DNA of 64,000 bases. Origin: Pseudobacteriovorax antillogorgiicola (lineage in GTDB: Bacteria; Bdellovibrionota_B; Oligoflexia; Oligoflexales; RGVZ01). A model generated the notes under the pieces. The model had not been told where the DNA came from and did no database searches. It worked only from the letters and a program-made list of their open reading frames with translations. Positions 29,730-39,973 of this stretch are shown in pieces (the stretch's first letter is position 1; each line of letters starts with the position of its first letter). The DNA lies in contig CAMBEK010000001.1 of NCBI GenBank assembly GCA_945865565.1, positions 329,201 through 393,200 of the forward strand, written 5' to 3'. The translations under genes were made by a program, and so were the position numbers.

Positions 29730-30164
29730 ATGACGAGAGCAGGCCTTTTCCTGGCCATGGTTTTGCTGTCCCTGACGGCATCGTGTATCGGTGATGAGTC
29801 CCTGGTTAATTCTTTGGACCGCGCCGTATTCAGTCGTTCCGGGAAGTTTTTATTTTCGTCCTATGCGCCCATAACCCTAAAAGAGATACACCTCGGTCTT
29901 GAGGAGTTGCGGGGGAAGAAGGTTCTGATTGAGGGAAAGGTTGTGGAGGCCGGCAAGCATCACACCTTTTTTGTCATGGAGGACGACTCTGCGCGAATGC
30001 TCGTTGTTTTAACCCGCTTTCCAAATATTCTGCCTGATCTTGGTACGAGACAGGGTAAGAATGTGAGGGTTTTAGGTATCGTGGGTAACGGGAAAAAAGG
30101 GCTTCCGGTAGTGATGGCGTCAGCCATCCGGACGTCTCCAGAGCCCGAGCCAGGGAAATCCTGA
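29730..30164 (+). CDS. Hypothetical lipoprotein, OB-fold-like
   Basis: Signal peptide with LTASC lipobox-like motif; GKKVLIEGKV...F.MED beta pattern. Confidence 0.5.
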   Translation: MTRAGLFLAMVLLSLTASCIGDESLVNSLDRAVFSRSGKFLFSSYAPITLKEIHLGLEELRGKKVLIEGKVVEAGKHHTFFVMEDDSARMLVVLTRFPNILPDLGTRQGKNVRVLGIVGNGKKGLPVVMASAIRTSPEPEPGKS

Positions 30165-30187
30165 ACACAAATTAAACTTCGGTTGGC

Positions 30188-31288
30188 GTGGCATTGCGTC
30201 TTTTCAACTATATTCTTAGAGATTTTTTCAAGTACGTCGCTGGGGCGATGTTCCTGACATTATTCTTATTTATTTTATTCGATTTCATACACCGAACGAC
30301 GCGCTATTTTCCTCGCTACAAGCCATCAGCTGCTTTGATTTTGAAAATGTATTTTTATCAGATGCCGGGACATGTCTTGCAGGCTATGCCTATCGCCGCA
30401 CTTTTGGCTTCTGTCACCTGTATGCTTTTGCTTGGTCGTACCAATGAGCTGACTGCGATGCGGGCCGTTGGAATGGGGCCACTGCGAATTGGCGCGCCCC
30501 TTTTTGCTGGTGGTTTGGTGCTCACCTTGGCCGGTTGGGTGCTTAACGAATATGTCATTCCAGTGACTGCCGGGCGGGTTCATTATGTTCAGGAGGTTCA
30601 GATTGAGGGCGAGCCCTCCTTTGAAATCGCGCAGGGCGTGAGTTGGTTGCGCCAGGGCAACATGATTTATAATTTTGGTAAATATGATCCGGAATTGCAG
30701 GCTTTTCAGCAGCTGCGGGTTTCACGAATTCGCCATGACTTTACCCCAGACCAGGCCATGGAAGCAGCGTCGGCAAAAAATACAGGCAAGGATTCGCAGT
30801 GGTTGCTTAGCGATGTTTCAATCATGGATTTTGATAACGAGGGCAATATCAGGCAGCATGCCCATCAGGATCATTTGCTCATAAAGATCCCAGTCGATGT
30901 TCACAAACTACAAAAAGAACGACGCATGCCGAGTGAGATGAGTCGGCGGGAACTGCAGTCACGGATAAATGGTGAGGAAAATTCAGGACGCGACATTTTG
31001 CCGCTGAAGGTTGATTACCATGTGAAGTTGGCTTTCCCTTTCGCCTGCCTCGTGGTGAGCCTTCTTGGACTTAAATTCATCTTTAGTTCGGAGCGCTCTG
31101 CTGAAACGGCGAAGAGCACTCTATTGGCCATTGGCATCGGGATGAGCTACTGGGTCCTTCTCAATTCTTTTCTTGCCTTGGGGCGGCGCGGAAACCTGTC
31201 GCCTCTCCTTAGTGCCTGGGCTGCAAACATTGTTTTGCTAGCTATCGTGCTCTGGGATGGTTGGCGCGCCAAGACTACTTCGCGATAA
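30188..31288 (+). CDS. LPS export permease, LptF/LptG family
   Basis: NELTAMRAVG, KLAFPF, LSAWAAN; 3TM-periplasmic-3TM topology. Confidence 0.85.
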   Translation: MALRLFNYILRDFFKYVAGAMFLTLFLFILFDFIHRTTRYFPRYKPSAALILKMYFYQMPGHVLQAMPIAALLASVTCMLLLGRTNELTAMRAVGMGPLRIGAPLFAGGLVLTLAGWVLNEYVIPVTAGRVHYVQEVQIEGEPSFEIAQGVSWLRQGNMIYNFGKYDPELQAFQQLRVSRIRHDFTPDQAMEAASAKNTGKDSQWLLSDVSIMDFDNEGNIRQHAHQDHLLIKIPVDVHKLQKERRMPSEMSRRELQSRINGEENSGRDILPLKVDYHVKLAFPFACLVVSLLGLKFIFSSERSAETAKSTLLAIGIGMSYWVLLNSFLALGRRGNLSPLLSAWAANIVLLAIVLWDGWRAKTTSR

Positions 31289-32270
31289 TTTCAATTTTTG
31301 ACCTTTGACGCTGCTCTGAAAGCCAGCGACGTGTTTGATTTGCCAGTTCCGCATTGCGAATCTCGGCCTCGAGTTCGGCTCTTTTTTTCTGCATGTCCTT
31401 GCCCAAAGACACTTTCCGGTCTTCGATCTTAAAAATCAGGATACTGGATGAAATCTCAAGTGGGGGCGTTACTCCCCCAGTGTCAAGTCGTTCAATTTCC
31501 TTGCGAATGGCTGGGGCTAGATCTTTTAGGCGGACAGGTTCCAACAATCCGCCATTGGCAGCCTTCTGGCGATCATCAGAATAGAGCTTTACGGCGTCTT
31601 CAAACGCCACACCGCCCTCGATCTTACTGCGGGCCTCGCGGGCAAGAGCGCGCTTCGCCTCCGATATGACTTGGCCGGATCCGTCAGGGATCTGAATGGA
31701 AATTTGTCGCAGGGTGATTTCAACTAGATCCGATGCCGCCCCAGAGCGCTTCATATATGCCGTCTCGAGGTCTCTATCAGTAACTTTGATCAATGGTGCA
31801 ATAACCCGGCGTTGGAAGCGTCCCAAGATGATTTGATTGCGGAAATCCTGCTTGTACTCTTCGTAGCTTTTATTTTCTTTTGCTAGAAAAGACTGCAGGC
31901 CGCGTTTATCGAGACCCTTGCTGCCCAAAAAGTCTGCGATCTCTGATTCGAGTTCATCGTTAGATACATCAAGTTCTAGTTCTTTCGCCTTTTGCTGGAT
32001 CAGCTGGAAATTGATGATGTCCTGCATCGCCTTTTCAAAAGGAGGCGACTGCTCCGTTGCCGGAAACTCAGAAACCGTAATGAGAGGCCCGCTTTGGACC
32101 TTGTTGGCGACATCACTGTAAAGAAAGGGTTGGCCATTTACCGATCCCAAGACCCGATCTACCAATACTTCAGCTGCCGTAGCAAAAGAGGCGTGGAATA
32201 ACAGGCAGGTGCCAACAATTATGATCGAGGGGATGTGATGGGGATTGAGTTGAGTGCGGCCTCGAGCCAT
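31275..32270 (-). CDS. surA: SurA-like parvulin PPIase chaperone
   Basis: VDRVLGSVNG, FEDAVKLYSDD..NGGLL; start uncertain. Confidence 0.75.
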   Translation of the reverse strand: MARGRTQLNPHHIPSIIIVGTCLLFHASFATAAEVLVDRVLGSVNGQPFLYSDVANKVQSGPLITVSEFPATEQSPPFEKAMQDIINFQLIQQKAKELELDVSNDELESEIADFLGSKGLDKRGLQSFLAKENKSYEEYKQDFRNQIILGRFQRRVIAPLIKVTDRDLETAYMKRSGAASDLVEITLRQISIQIPDGSGQVISEAKRALAREARSKIEGGVAFEDAVKLYSDDRQKAANGGLLEPVRLKDLAPAIRKEIERLDTGGVTPPLEISSSILIFKIEDRKVSLGKDMQKKRAELEAEIRNAELANQTRRWLSEQRQRSKIEIIAK

Positions 32271-33229
32271 TTGCGGTATTCCTCTTCCTTGCGTTTTGCG
32301 GTCACGATCGCCCGGATTTTCGGGGTGGCTTCTTTTAGACTTAACTCGTGCCTCGGCCGCTTGTCTTGGAGCATAATTATGTGGAATCCGTATGTCGACT
32401 TGAGAATCTCACTGATTTGACCAGGCTGCATCTCAAACGAGACGTCAAACACAGCCGGGACCTCGCCCTTTGCAAAAGGTCCAACCCGGCCGCCATCGCC
32501 AGCGCCCTCTGGAGTGATGGAATGCTGTCGTGCCATCTCCTGGAAGTTACGCTGGTTGATCTCCCGCTTGATCTTCTTGGCGGTCCCTTCGTCAGCTAAA
32601 ACCACCTGCCTTATTGTTGCTCTCGGCGGATGTCTAAATTCAGGCTGATGATTTTTGTAATATTCGGTGATTTGTCCGTCAGTAGCCGTCGCCAATGGAA
32701 AGATTCTGGCTTCAGTGTATTGCAGGATAATTGAACGTTCGCAGAGGCGATTCTTGAGTAGTTCTTTGGAATGATTTGTCTGGAATAGTTCTGGGCTTGA
32801 TTCAAGGGCAGTTTGCCATTCCTTCAGGCAGGATGTGAAACGCGAAGGATCCTCCAAGTCAAATTTACGGTCCTGCTGGAGATATTTGAACAGCAGTTTT
32901 CGTTCGATCATTCCTGCCAAAAGGCTCTGTTTGAGTGGACTCAGTTCCTTTTCAAGCTTGCTCCCCAGATCAGGGATTGGCGTCATTTCGCCCGTTCCGG
33001 TCATTCCCTTGGTGTGAAGGTTGTATTCCCATTCAAGGTCATCGCTATTGATCGGTGTGTCCGCAACCTCGACCAGAATCGATCCGCGGTTGAGGTTGTC
33101 AAAGGAGGGGACGTCACGCTCTCTCACTTCAGAAATTTTGTGGCCGTTGAGGGCCAGCCACACGGCGATTCCCCCGGTGAAACAAATGCCCCCGGTGATC
33201 AGGCGCCGTTTCATTATGCTTCCGCCCAT
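32219..33229 (-). CDS. Parvulin (PpiC-type) PPIase, PrsA/PpiD-like
   Basis: FQEMARQHS.TPE..GG.VG.F, STYGFHII. Confidence 0.85.
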   Translation of the reverse strand: MGGSIMKRRLITGGICFTGGIAVWLALNGHKISEVRERDVPSFDNLNRGSILVEVADTPINSDDLEWEYNLHTKGMTGTGEMTPIPDLGSKLEKELSPLKQSLLAGMIERKLLFKYLQQDRKFDLEDPSRFTSCLKEWQTALESSPELFQTNHSKELLKNRLCERSIILQYTEARIFPLATATDGQITEYYKNHQPEFRHPPRATIRQVVLADEGTAKKIKREINQRNFQEMARQHSITPEGAGDGGRVGPFAKGEVPAVFDVSFEMQPGQISEILKSTYGFHIIMLQDKRPRHELSLKEATPKIRAIVTAKRKEEEYRKWLEAALNSIPITSPRS

Positions 33230-33232
33230 AGG

Positions 33233-36200
33233 TTAGTTCCTTTGTGAGATGGCTTCAGCCAACGGATCCACTAATGTTACCAGCTCCGCGATCATTTGGT
33301 CCTGCTGTGCAGGTGCCGGCTGAGCAAAAGTCTGGGCATAGAGGAATAGTTTCCCGTCGGGGGTCAGTCGGTACTTGTCGGGGTGGGTGCGGACGGCATC
33401 CAAAATGGCATCAATCTGTGCCTCGTTCAGGGTGCCAAATTTAAGTTCGTAGAAGTTTCGTCCACCGACAGCCAGAGAGGTCATTTTGGCTTGGGACAGG
33501 CACCGTTTCAACGTGGCAACACGGAAAAGGCGGGCCAGATCGTCAGGCAGTGGACCGAACCGGTCAATTGTCTCGCGTTTCAAACGCAGTAAATCTTCCT
33601 CGGTAGTGGCAGAGAAGAGTGACTTGTAAAGTGGCAGGCGGAGGTTTTCGGCTTCGATATAACTTGCCGGAATTAAAGCGGTAACCGGAAGCTTTATTTC
33701 CGTATCGATTTTTTCAACGACCTCCTGCCCGCGTAGCTCTGCAATCGCCGTTTCCAGCATATCCGTGTACAGCTCAAGGCCAATTTCGCTGATTTTGCCC
33801 GATTGGTCACCGCCAAGAAGGTTCCCGGCTCCACGGATTTCAAGGTCGTAGCTGGCAATCTGGAAGCCGGCTCCAAGTTCCTGATGAGCGCTCAAAACCT
33901 CGAGTCTTTTTTTGGCGTCATCGGTCAACGTGTCTTCCGCAGCAGTAAGGAAATAGGCGTAGGCCTGCATCGAAGACCGTCCCACCCGTCCGCGGATCTG
34001 GTAGAGTTGGGCCAATCCAAAATTTTCCGCACGATTGACGATCAGGGTATTTACGTTTGGCATGTCAATGCCGGACTCAATGATTGTCGTGCAAATCAGG
34101 ACAGGAAATTTCTGCTCCATAAAATCAATAATGACTTCTTCAAGTTGATGCTCCTTCATTTGCCCATGGGCAGTCCGGACGTCGATGCCGGGTACGAGGC
34201 TCTTGATGAAAAGGCGCATTTCCTCGATGTCTTCAACACGGTTGTGCAGGAAGAAAACTTGTCCGCCACGGGCTACCTCATTCAAGATCGCGTCGCGGAT
34301 GAGGCTCTCGTCAAAGCGGCAGATGTAGGTCTTTACTGACAGGCGCTCTTGCGGCGGAGTCGCAATGATTGAAATATCCCGAAGGCCAAGCATGGACATG
34401 TGAAGGGTTCGCGGAATTGGTGTCGCGGTCAGGGTCAGGACGTGCGCATTGGCCCGCAACTGTTTCAGCTTTTCTTTATGAACCACGCCAAAGCGTTGCT
34501 CTTCATCGATCACCAGCAATCCAAGTCGTTTTGGTTTTATGTCTTTGGACAGAAGGCGATGCGTTCCGACAAGAATATCGAGGTCGCCACGGGAGAGTGC
34601 ATCAAGATTGGCCTTTGTCGTCTTTGCATCGACAAAGCGATTCACCTGGCCGACCTTTACACCATGGCGCGAAAGTCGATCGGAGAATGTCCTGAAGTGC
34701 TGGTAGCAAAGGATTGTCGTGGGCACCAGGATCAAAACCTGGTCTCCTTCCAAGACGGCTCTCATCGCAGCACGGAGGGCCACCTCAGTTTTTCCAAAGC
34801 CAACATCGCCACAAACCAGGCGGTCCATTGATTTTTCGCCGACGATATCAGCAAAAACATCATCGATGGCTTTTTGCTGGTCTTCAGTTTCCTCATAGGG
34901 AAATTCAGCTTCGAGTTTGAAGTAATCGTCTCCCGGGGGATTGTAGCGATGGGCCCCTGCAAGTTCGCGGGCAGCCTGGAGTTTAAGAAGCGATTCTGCC
35001 ATATCTTTGATTTCTGACTTGATGCGGGATTTTTTCTTTTCCCAGACTTGGCTACCGAGGCGGTCCACCGTGCCACGTCCACCCTCACCGCCAGAGCTAT
35101 AGCGCTGCAGGAGGTTCAGGCGATCCACCGGCATGTAGATCTTGTCGTTTCCGGAATATTCGAGCACTAGAAAATCATTGGTCAGGCCGGCAACGTTCAT
35201 AGTCATCATGCCTGTGTAGCGGCCAATTCCGTGCTGCACGTGAACCACGAGATCGCCAGGTTTTAAGTCCCGAAACGAACTCAGGTAGTTTTGAAGCTTG
35301 GCAGATGGCGGCTTAGGCCTGCGTTTTTTTACCCCGAACATGGCATGTTCCGGCAGGACGAGCGTGTTGGTGTCTTGCAGCCAGACATGAGATTGCATAT
35401 CGCCCAGGCCAAGGGCGATGCTGCCAGATTCCATCTTGCCGGCAAGGACATCGCGAAGCAGTGATTCTCGCCGTTGAGGGGCAAGTCCCCTGTGGCTCAG
35501 GAGGTTGGAAATCCGGTCGAGTTGTTCTTCATGGTGCGCCAGAATGGCCACAGACCCTTCCTCTTTTTTCAGAACCGAGCGGATGGCATCTACCCATTGG
35601 TCAAAAAGCTCGACCGGATTTTCCTTCGAAAAAACCGGCGAGCCTTCGAGGACCATGCGCGATTCAAAACGCAGGGTTATGGCCGCGGGATCAGAAAAAG
35701 GATTTCCAAATTCAATCAGTGATAAATTTTCAAAAGACATTTTTTCGAGGGGCGTAAAATGCTGCTCGGGCTCCATGGACGGGCGCTTGGCCTCGATGTC
35801 ACGCTGCCACGCTTCAGCAATTTCTTCGAAAAAATCTTTGTACGATGAGTAGCAACTGCTACGTGGACGCGGGAAGACAAGAAGATCGTTTTGCTGAATG
35901 TAGTCAACGGCTGTGGCGCGCCGGTTTCGCCGCATCAGTGGAGCAAACATGTCAAAGCCCGATGGCCTTATACCCAAAGCAAAGCTTTGCATGATTCCGT
36001 CGCGGTCACTGGTCGCAACCGGCTGATCAACAAGGCAGTTGTAGAGGTCCTGAGTTTGTTCCCGTTTCTTGTTTACCGGTGTTGTGAATTCTGCGGTTGG
36101 ACGGATGATCAAAGCGGTCATGGAACCAGTGGATTTTTGGTCCTTGGCATCAAAGTGACGCATGGAAACGATCGTATCGCCCAAGAATTCAAGGCGCGCA

Positions 36201-36835
36201 GGATTGTCCTCATTCGGTGGATAGATGTCGATGATGGCGCCGCGTGGTGCGTAGGTGCCCTCCTCCTCGACAGAATGAACCTTGCGGTAGCCAAGGTCTT
36301 CGAGCTTGCTAAAGAGTTCGTCTTGGTCGACCTCTTGATTGAGCTTTAACTCAACGGAGGCTTCGCGAAACTCTCCTGGCGAGATTGTTGATTGGGCAAG
36401 GGCCTGAAGGGTTGTGACGAGGATCGATGGGATATCTGTCCGCGCCAGCAGGTCCATTGCATAGACTCTCTGTCGACGGGACAAGTCCGGATTGATGTAG
36501 CGGTCTGCGCCCCAGCCCGAGAAATACGGCAGGACTGCCGCCCGAAGTGTGGGTGATGAACTCGCATCTCGCTTTGCATTGAGTGCTCCCACGGCCTGGT
36601 CCAGAAATTGGGACCACTGGCCGACGTCCTTAGATTCCGGCACGACCACGATCAGACGACGGTCTTTTGGATGCTGGCAAATAAGCCCAAGCACGGCCAG
36701 TTGGATCAAACTGTCCGATGCGCCCGTCACTTGAATGATGGGAGAATGCTGTGCCACGGCTTTGGCGTCAGAGGTGGGCGCAAGTCCCATTTCTGCATGC
36801 GTTAAAAACGAGTGAAGGCCGTAGACTGCGGTCAA
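33233..36835 (-). CDS. mfd: Transcription-repair coupling factor
   Basis: CarD-like RID (VVHVQHGIGRY), CGDVGFGKTEVA, IDEEQRFGV, TATPIPRTL, QLYQIRGRVGR, DLEIRGAGNLLG. Confidence 0.97.
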   Translation of the reverse strand: MTAVYGLHSFLTHAEMGLAPTSDAKAVAQHSPIIQVTGASDSLIQLAVLGLICQHPKDRRLIVVVPESKDVGQWSQFLDQAVGALNAKRDASSSPTLRAAVLPYFSGWGADRYINPDLSRRQRVYAMDLLARTDIPSILVTTLQALAQSTISPGEFREASVELKLNQEVDQDELFSKLEDLGYRKVHSVEEEGTYAPRGAIIDIYPPNEDNPARLEFLGDTIVSMRHFDAKDQKSTGSMTALIIRPTAEFTTPVNKKREQTQDLYNCLVDQPVATSDRDGIMQSFALGIRPSGFDMFAPLMRRNRRATAVDYIQQNDLLVFPRPRSSCYSSYKDFFEEIAEAWQRDIEAKRPSMEPEQHFTPLEKMSFENLSLIEFGNPFSDPAAITLRFESRMVLEGSPVFSKENPVELFDQWVDAIRSVLKKEEGSVAILAHHEEQLDRISNLLSHRGLAPQRRESLLRDVLAGKMESGSIALGLGDMQSHVWLQDTNTLVLPEHAMFGVKKRRPKPPSAKLQNYLSSFRDLKPGDLVVHVQHGIGRYTGMMTMNVAGLTNDFLVLEYSGNDKIYMPVDRLNLLQRYSSGGEGGRGTVDRLGSQVWEKKKSRIKSEIKDMAESLLKLQAARELAGAHRYNPPGDDYFKLEAEFPYEETEDQQKAIDDVFADIVGEKSMDRLVCGDVGFGKTEVALRAAMRAVLEGDQVLILVPTTILCYQHFRTFSDRLSRHGVKVGQVNRFVDAKTTKANLDALSRGDLDILVGTHRLLSKDIKPKRLGLLVIDEEQRFGVVHKEKLKQLRANAHVLTLTATPIPRTLHMSMLGLRDISIIATPPQERLSVKTYICRFDESLIRDAILNEVARGGQVFFLHNRVEDIEEMRLFIKSLVPGIDVRTAHGQMKEHQLEEVIIDFMEQKFPVLICTTIIESGIDMPNVNTLIVNRAENFGLAQLYQIRGRVGRSSMQAYAYFLTAAEDTLTDDAKKRLEVLSAHQELGAGFQIASYDLEIRGAGNLLGGDQSGKISEIGLELYTDMLETAIAELRGQEVVEKIDTEIKLPVTALIPASYIEAENLRLPLYKSLFSATTEEDLLRLKRETIDRFGPLPDDLARLFRVATLKRCLSQAKMTSLAVGGRNFYELKFGTLNEAQIDAILDAVRTHPDKYRLTPDGKLFLYAQTFAQPAPAQQDQMIAELVTLVDPLAEAISQRN

Positions 36836-38013
36836 ACGTAATGTCCCTTGTTGATCTTTTCGAGGATGATCTTTTCTGCCATTTGCGGGTCGCGAGGATC
36901 AACTGAATAGAAGGCCTGCTGTTCGCATCGTCTCTTGTTGTTGATCAGCCAATGCAAAATCTCGGCAAGACCCTTGTTCTTTTTATCCTTGAAGAACGGA
37001 TCGTTTGCGAGGGCGTCACGCGCCTTTTTTAGAGCCCGAATTTCATGGGGGTCTCTTTCATTCACCGGGTAGTCGTTGAGGTCATATTTTTTGATGTCCT
37101 GAGGCAACACTCCCAGAAACCGAACGTCTGGCGCTGAAAAATCCGAATTCCGGATCAATGATGCTGCGGACCCAGCCTTCAGCGTGCGGAAGATGTTTTG
37201 CATCGTATAAGCGTCAAGGTCGCCGAAAAAGTAGATTGGCACTGCCAGCTGATCTTGAATGCGTTTGACCCAGCCGCGCACGGCGTTAGAGGGAACGCCC
37301 TGGGCACCAACGACAATCGAGTTGTGGCGCTTTACGAAACCATTGGCGACCAAGGTGTTTGCAGTGCCCTCGGATTCCACGACAAGGCAGAAGTCGATTT
37401 TTTTCTTGGCCTTGAGCGTCAGGTTCTGCGGACGGTTTTTTGGTTGAAAGGGCGAAGTTCCAAGTTGGGAAAGGTCAATCACGGCCTCCGTGCCATCTGG
37501 CATCCGCTCGGTCACGATAAGATTTTGGCTGTAAGTCTGACCGCCGCGGTCGTTGGCAAAGCAGTTCATCTCTTCACGGTAGCATTCAAGCATTTCACAG
37601 ATAAAATCCACGACGGAATCAGACTCGTCCTGATCTGTAAAATCCAGAGCCTTCAGATTTTTACTGTGTTTTACCTCACCCTTGCTGATGTAGTAGAGCT
37701 CGCGTTTGGTGTTGACGTTTCCGGTCTCGATGTTGCGCAGTAGAATTTCCAGCATAAACACGGCGCGCGACATTTTTTTGACAGAACTGACATTGAGCTC
37801 GGTCGAGACCCGTTTGGATCCCGGCGTGAGAAAGCCGACTTTGCTGTTGTAGATGGAATTATCGAGGGCGCATTTTGTCGCAGTAAGTTTGGGACGCCTG
37901 CCGCTCTCAAGATCTTTCAGCATTTTTTCGCACAGCTCAAGGCTGTGTTCGAGAATGACTTTGTCTTCTTTACTTTTGCGGTGGGGGTTGCCGCCAGTCG
38001 TGCGTGTGGCCAT
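36832..38013 (-). CDS. top6A: DNA topoisomerase VI subunit A (Spo11-like)
   Basis: TKRELYY catalytic-Tyr motif, TOPRIM VVESEG and FGDLDAY. Confidence 0.92.
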   Translation of the reverse strand: MATRTTGGNPHRKSKEDKVILEHSLELCEKMLKDLESGRRPKLTATKCALDNSIYNSKVGFLTPGSKRVSTELNVSSVKKMSRAVFMLEILLRNIETGNVNTKRELYYISKGEVKHSKNLKALDFTDQDESDSVVDFICEMLECYREEMNCFANDRGGQTYSQNLIVTERMPDGTEAVIDLSQLGTSPFQPKNRPQNLTLKAKKKIDFCLVVESEGTANTLVANGFVKRHNSIVVGAQGVPSNAVRGWVKRIQDQLAVPIYFFGDLDAYTMQNIFRTLKAGSAASLIRNSDFSAPDVRFLGVLPQDIKKYDLNDYPVNERDPHEIRALKKARDALANDPFFKDKKNKGLAEILHWLINNKRRCEQQAFYSVDPRDPQMAEKIILEKINKGHYV

Positions 38014-38025
38014 AGGTGACTCCTG

Positions 38026-39867
38026 TTACTTCTTGGCGGTTTTTTTAACCGGCTTGGCAGCGGGTTTTGTTTTGTTTTTAGCTGTGGTTTTTGTCTTGGA
38101 AGTCACGACGGCAATATCACCATCGGTGTCCTCTGCGATGGCGTCTCCGGCGGCTTCGGCCTCCGCAGCGGCGATTTTTTGCGCCTCGCGCGATTCCATC
38201 TCCATGTCTTCTTCGCGGAACATTTTGATCCTGTGGCGTTTTGCGTCCAAAGCATCGCTTTGCTCTCTTGCGACCTTGAGGGCCTTTTCGCTGTCAATGG
38301 CATCGCGACCCAAAAGTTTACGCAGGCCTTCTGTGGCGTCAACGCGGCGCTTTTCATCGGCTTTGGTCAGGCGAATGAGCCCGTCGATCAGGATCGGACC
38401 AAACTGCTCGATGTGGGCGATTTTCGTTTCGTGATCGTTGGCGCGGCTTTCGCGGTTGATGTGTCGGGATAGCTTCTGGCCGGCTTGCATCAATGCCCGC
38501 CGAATTTCCTCAACGAGTTCATCCGAGGCATCGATGGTTTCTTTGGATGCGTTCTTGAACTTGATGAAAGGGGAAACCATGCTGACTGCCACGATGTATG
38601 GACCCTGGGGCAGCGCGTCTCGTGGCTGCTTGATTCCATAGGAGCGCCAGTTGACGGTCGTGATTGCTTTCACGATGGCGCAGGCCGCCTTGTCAAACTG
38701 CAGGGGCACGCGGTTGGCAAAGCGAAGAACCTGAACTGATTCGTCGTTGTTTTCTCCGCGGCGGTCTTTCAAACGTGCAACAGCCACTTCAATCTGAACT
38801 GGCTTGAAGTCGCAGATGCAAGGTTTGCGGCTGATGACTGAAAAGAAATCTACGTCACCAAGGCGTTGGATGCTGAGTGACAGGGCTTCCTCACCAATGG
38901 ACATGACCGACTGGGTCGAGGGTGGCTGGAGCTGGGCGTTTTGGATTGCCGCGTAAATTCCGCTCAGATCTTTTTCATTCAGTCCGTCGGCACTTTTGTC
39001 GAGAAGTGCCTTCGGGAGTTTTTGTCCTTTCCAGATCTCGGCGATTGACTTGTCGTTCAGGCGAGAGAAGCCTTGTTTTAGCCAATTTCCGGTTTTTATT
39101 TTCCCAAAGAGTCGGGCATGGGAAATGAATTCGCCGAGTTTCATGGTGTGCGGGTGTGGTTCGATGGCTTCCGGGATTTCTGGGACGTCCTTCGTGACCC
39201 GCTCAATCCTGGTCGTGCCGCTTTCAGGCAGCGTGTAGGTAATGCTCATGTGCGGGTTGACCAAGACATTGCCCCGCAAGTAGTTCACGAGACCAGCCTC
39301 ACCGTTGAGTTGAACGCGGCCATCAATCAGAAATTCGACGGCAGTCCCCGAAGGGCGGTCCCAGTCGACTGTTTCTTTTTCACGGATGATGCCTTTGTTG
39401 TGTTTGATGTCGACTTCGACCAGGCACTTTACGGCCTTTTTCTGGCCCTTGGTTTTCGTGGTTACGGAGACACCTCTGGCCGTAGTTTGAATGGCCCATG
39501 TCGTTGCCGCCGAAATGCCGATGCCCTGTTGCCCGCGGGAGCAACGCCCCCGGCCAAATTTTGACGATGCCAGGTATTCGCCAAAGACCTTCGCAATGTC
39601 GCCGGGGTCTATCCCAGGCCCATTGTCCTCGACCCGTATCCGGATGCGGTCCGTGTTTTTCAGTGAGCCATTGCCGACTTTTTCCACGGAGACGTTCAAG
39701 TCGGGGGCGATGCCGTGGTCCTCACAGGCGTCGAGGGCGTTGTCCAGCGCCTCTTTGACGGTGGTCAAAACGGCCTTGGTCGGCGATGAAAAACCAACCT
39801 GCTGCAGGTTTTTGGAAAAATATTCAGCGGTGCTGCTGGTGGTGATTTGTCTGGTTGGCTTTGCCAT
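38026..39867 (-). CDS. top6B: DNA topoisomerase VI subunit B
   Basis: GHKL KEALDNALDA, EDNGPGI, SSKF..SRGQQGIGISAA; transducer RFANRVPL. Confidence 0.95.
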   Translation of the reverse strand: MAKPTRQITTSSTAEYFSKNLQQVGFSSPTKAVLTTVKEALDNALDACEDHGIAPDLNVSVEKVGNGSLKNTDRIRIRVEDNGPGIDPGDIAKVFGEYLASSKFGRGRCSRGQQGIGISAATTWAIQTTARGVSVTTKTKGQKKAVKCLVEVDIKHNKGIIREKETVDWDRPSGTAVEFLIDGRVQLNGEAGLVNYLRGNVLVNPHMSITYTLPESGTTRIERVTKDVPEIPEAIEPHPHTMKLGEFISHARLFGKIKTGNWLKQGFSRLNDKSIAEIWKGQKLPKALLDKSADGLNEKDLSGIYAAIQNAQLQPPSTQSVMSIGEEALSLSIQRLGDVDFFSVISRKPCICDFKPVQIEVAVARLKDRRGENNDESVQVLRFANRVPLQFDKAACAIVKAITTVNWRSYGIKQPRDALPQGPYIVAVSMVSPFIKFKNASKETIDASDELVEEIRRALMQAGQKLSRHINRESRANDHETKIAHIEQFGPILIDGLIRLTKADEKRRVDATEGLRKLLGRDAIDSEKALKVAREQSDALDAKRHRIKMFREEDMEMESREAQKIAAAEAEAAGDAIAEDTDGDIAVVTSKTKTTAKNKTKPAAKPVKKTAKK

Positions 39868-39913
39868 AAAGTTCCTCGTACTCGTAAAATGCTTCCGACC
39901 CGGTACACTGGAA

Positions 39914-39944
39914 TGAAGGTGGCGTGATTAGTGCGCCACCTTCA
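39914..39944. other. 11-bp perfect inverted repeat in the divergent intergenic region
   Basis: TGAAGGTGGCG-N9-CGCCACCTTCA; no poly-T on either side. Confidence 0.7.
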
Positions 39945-39973
39945 ATGTCCGGGGGACGGGAGACTACCAAACC

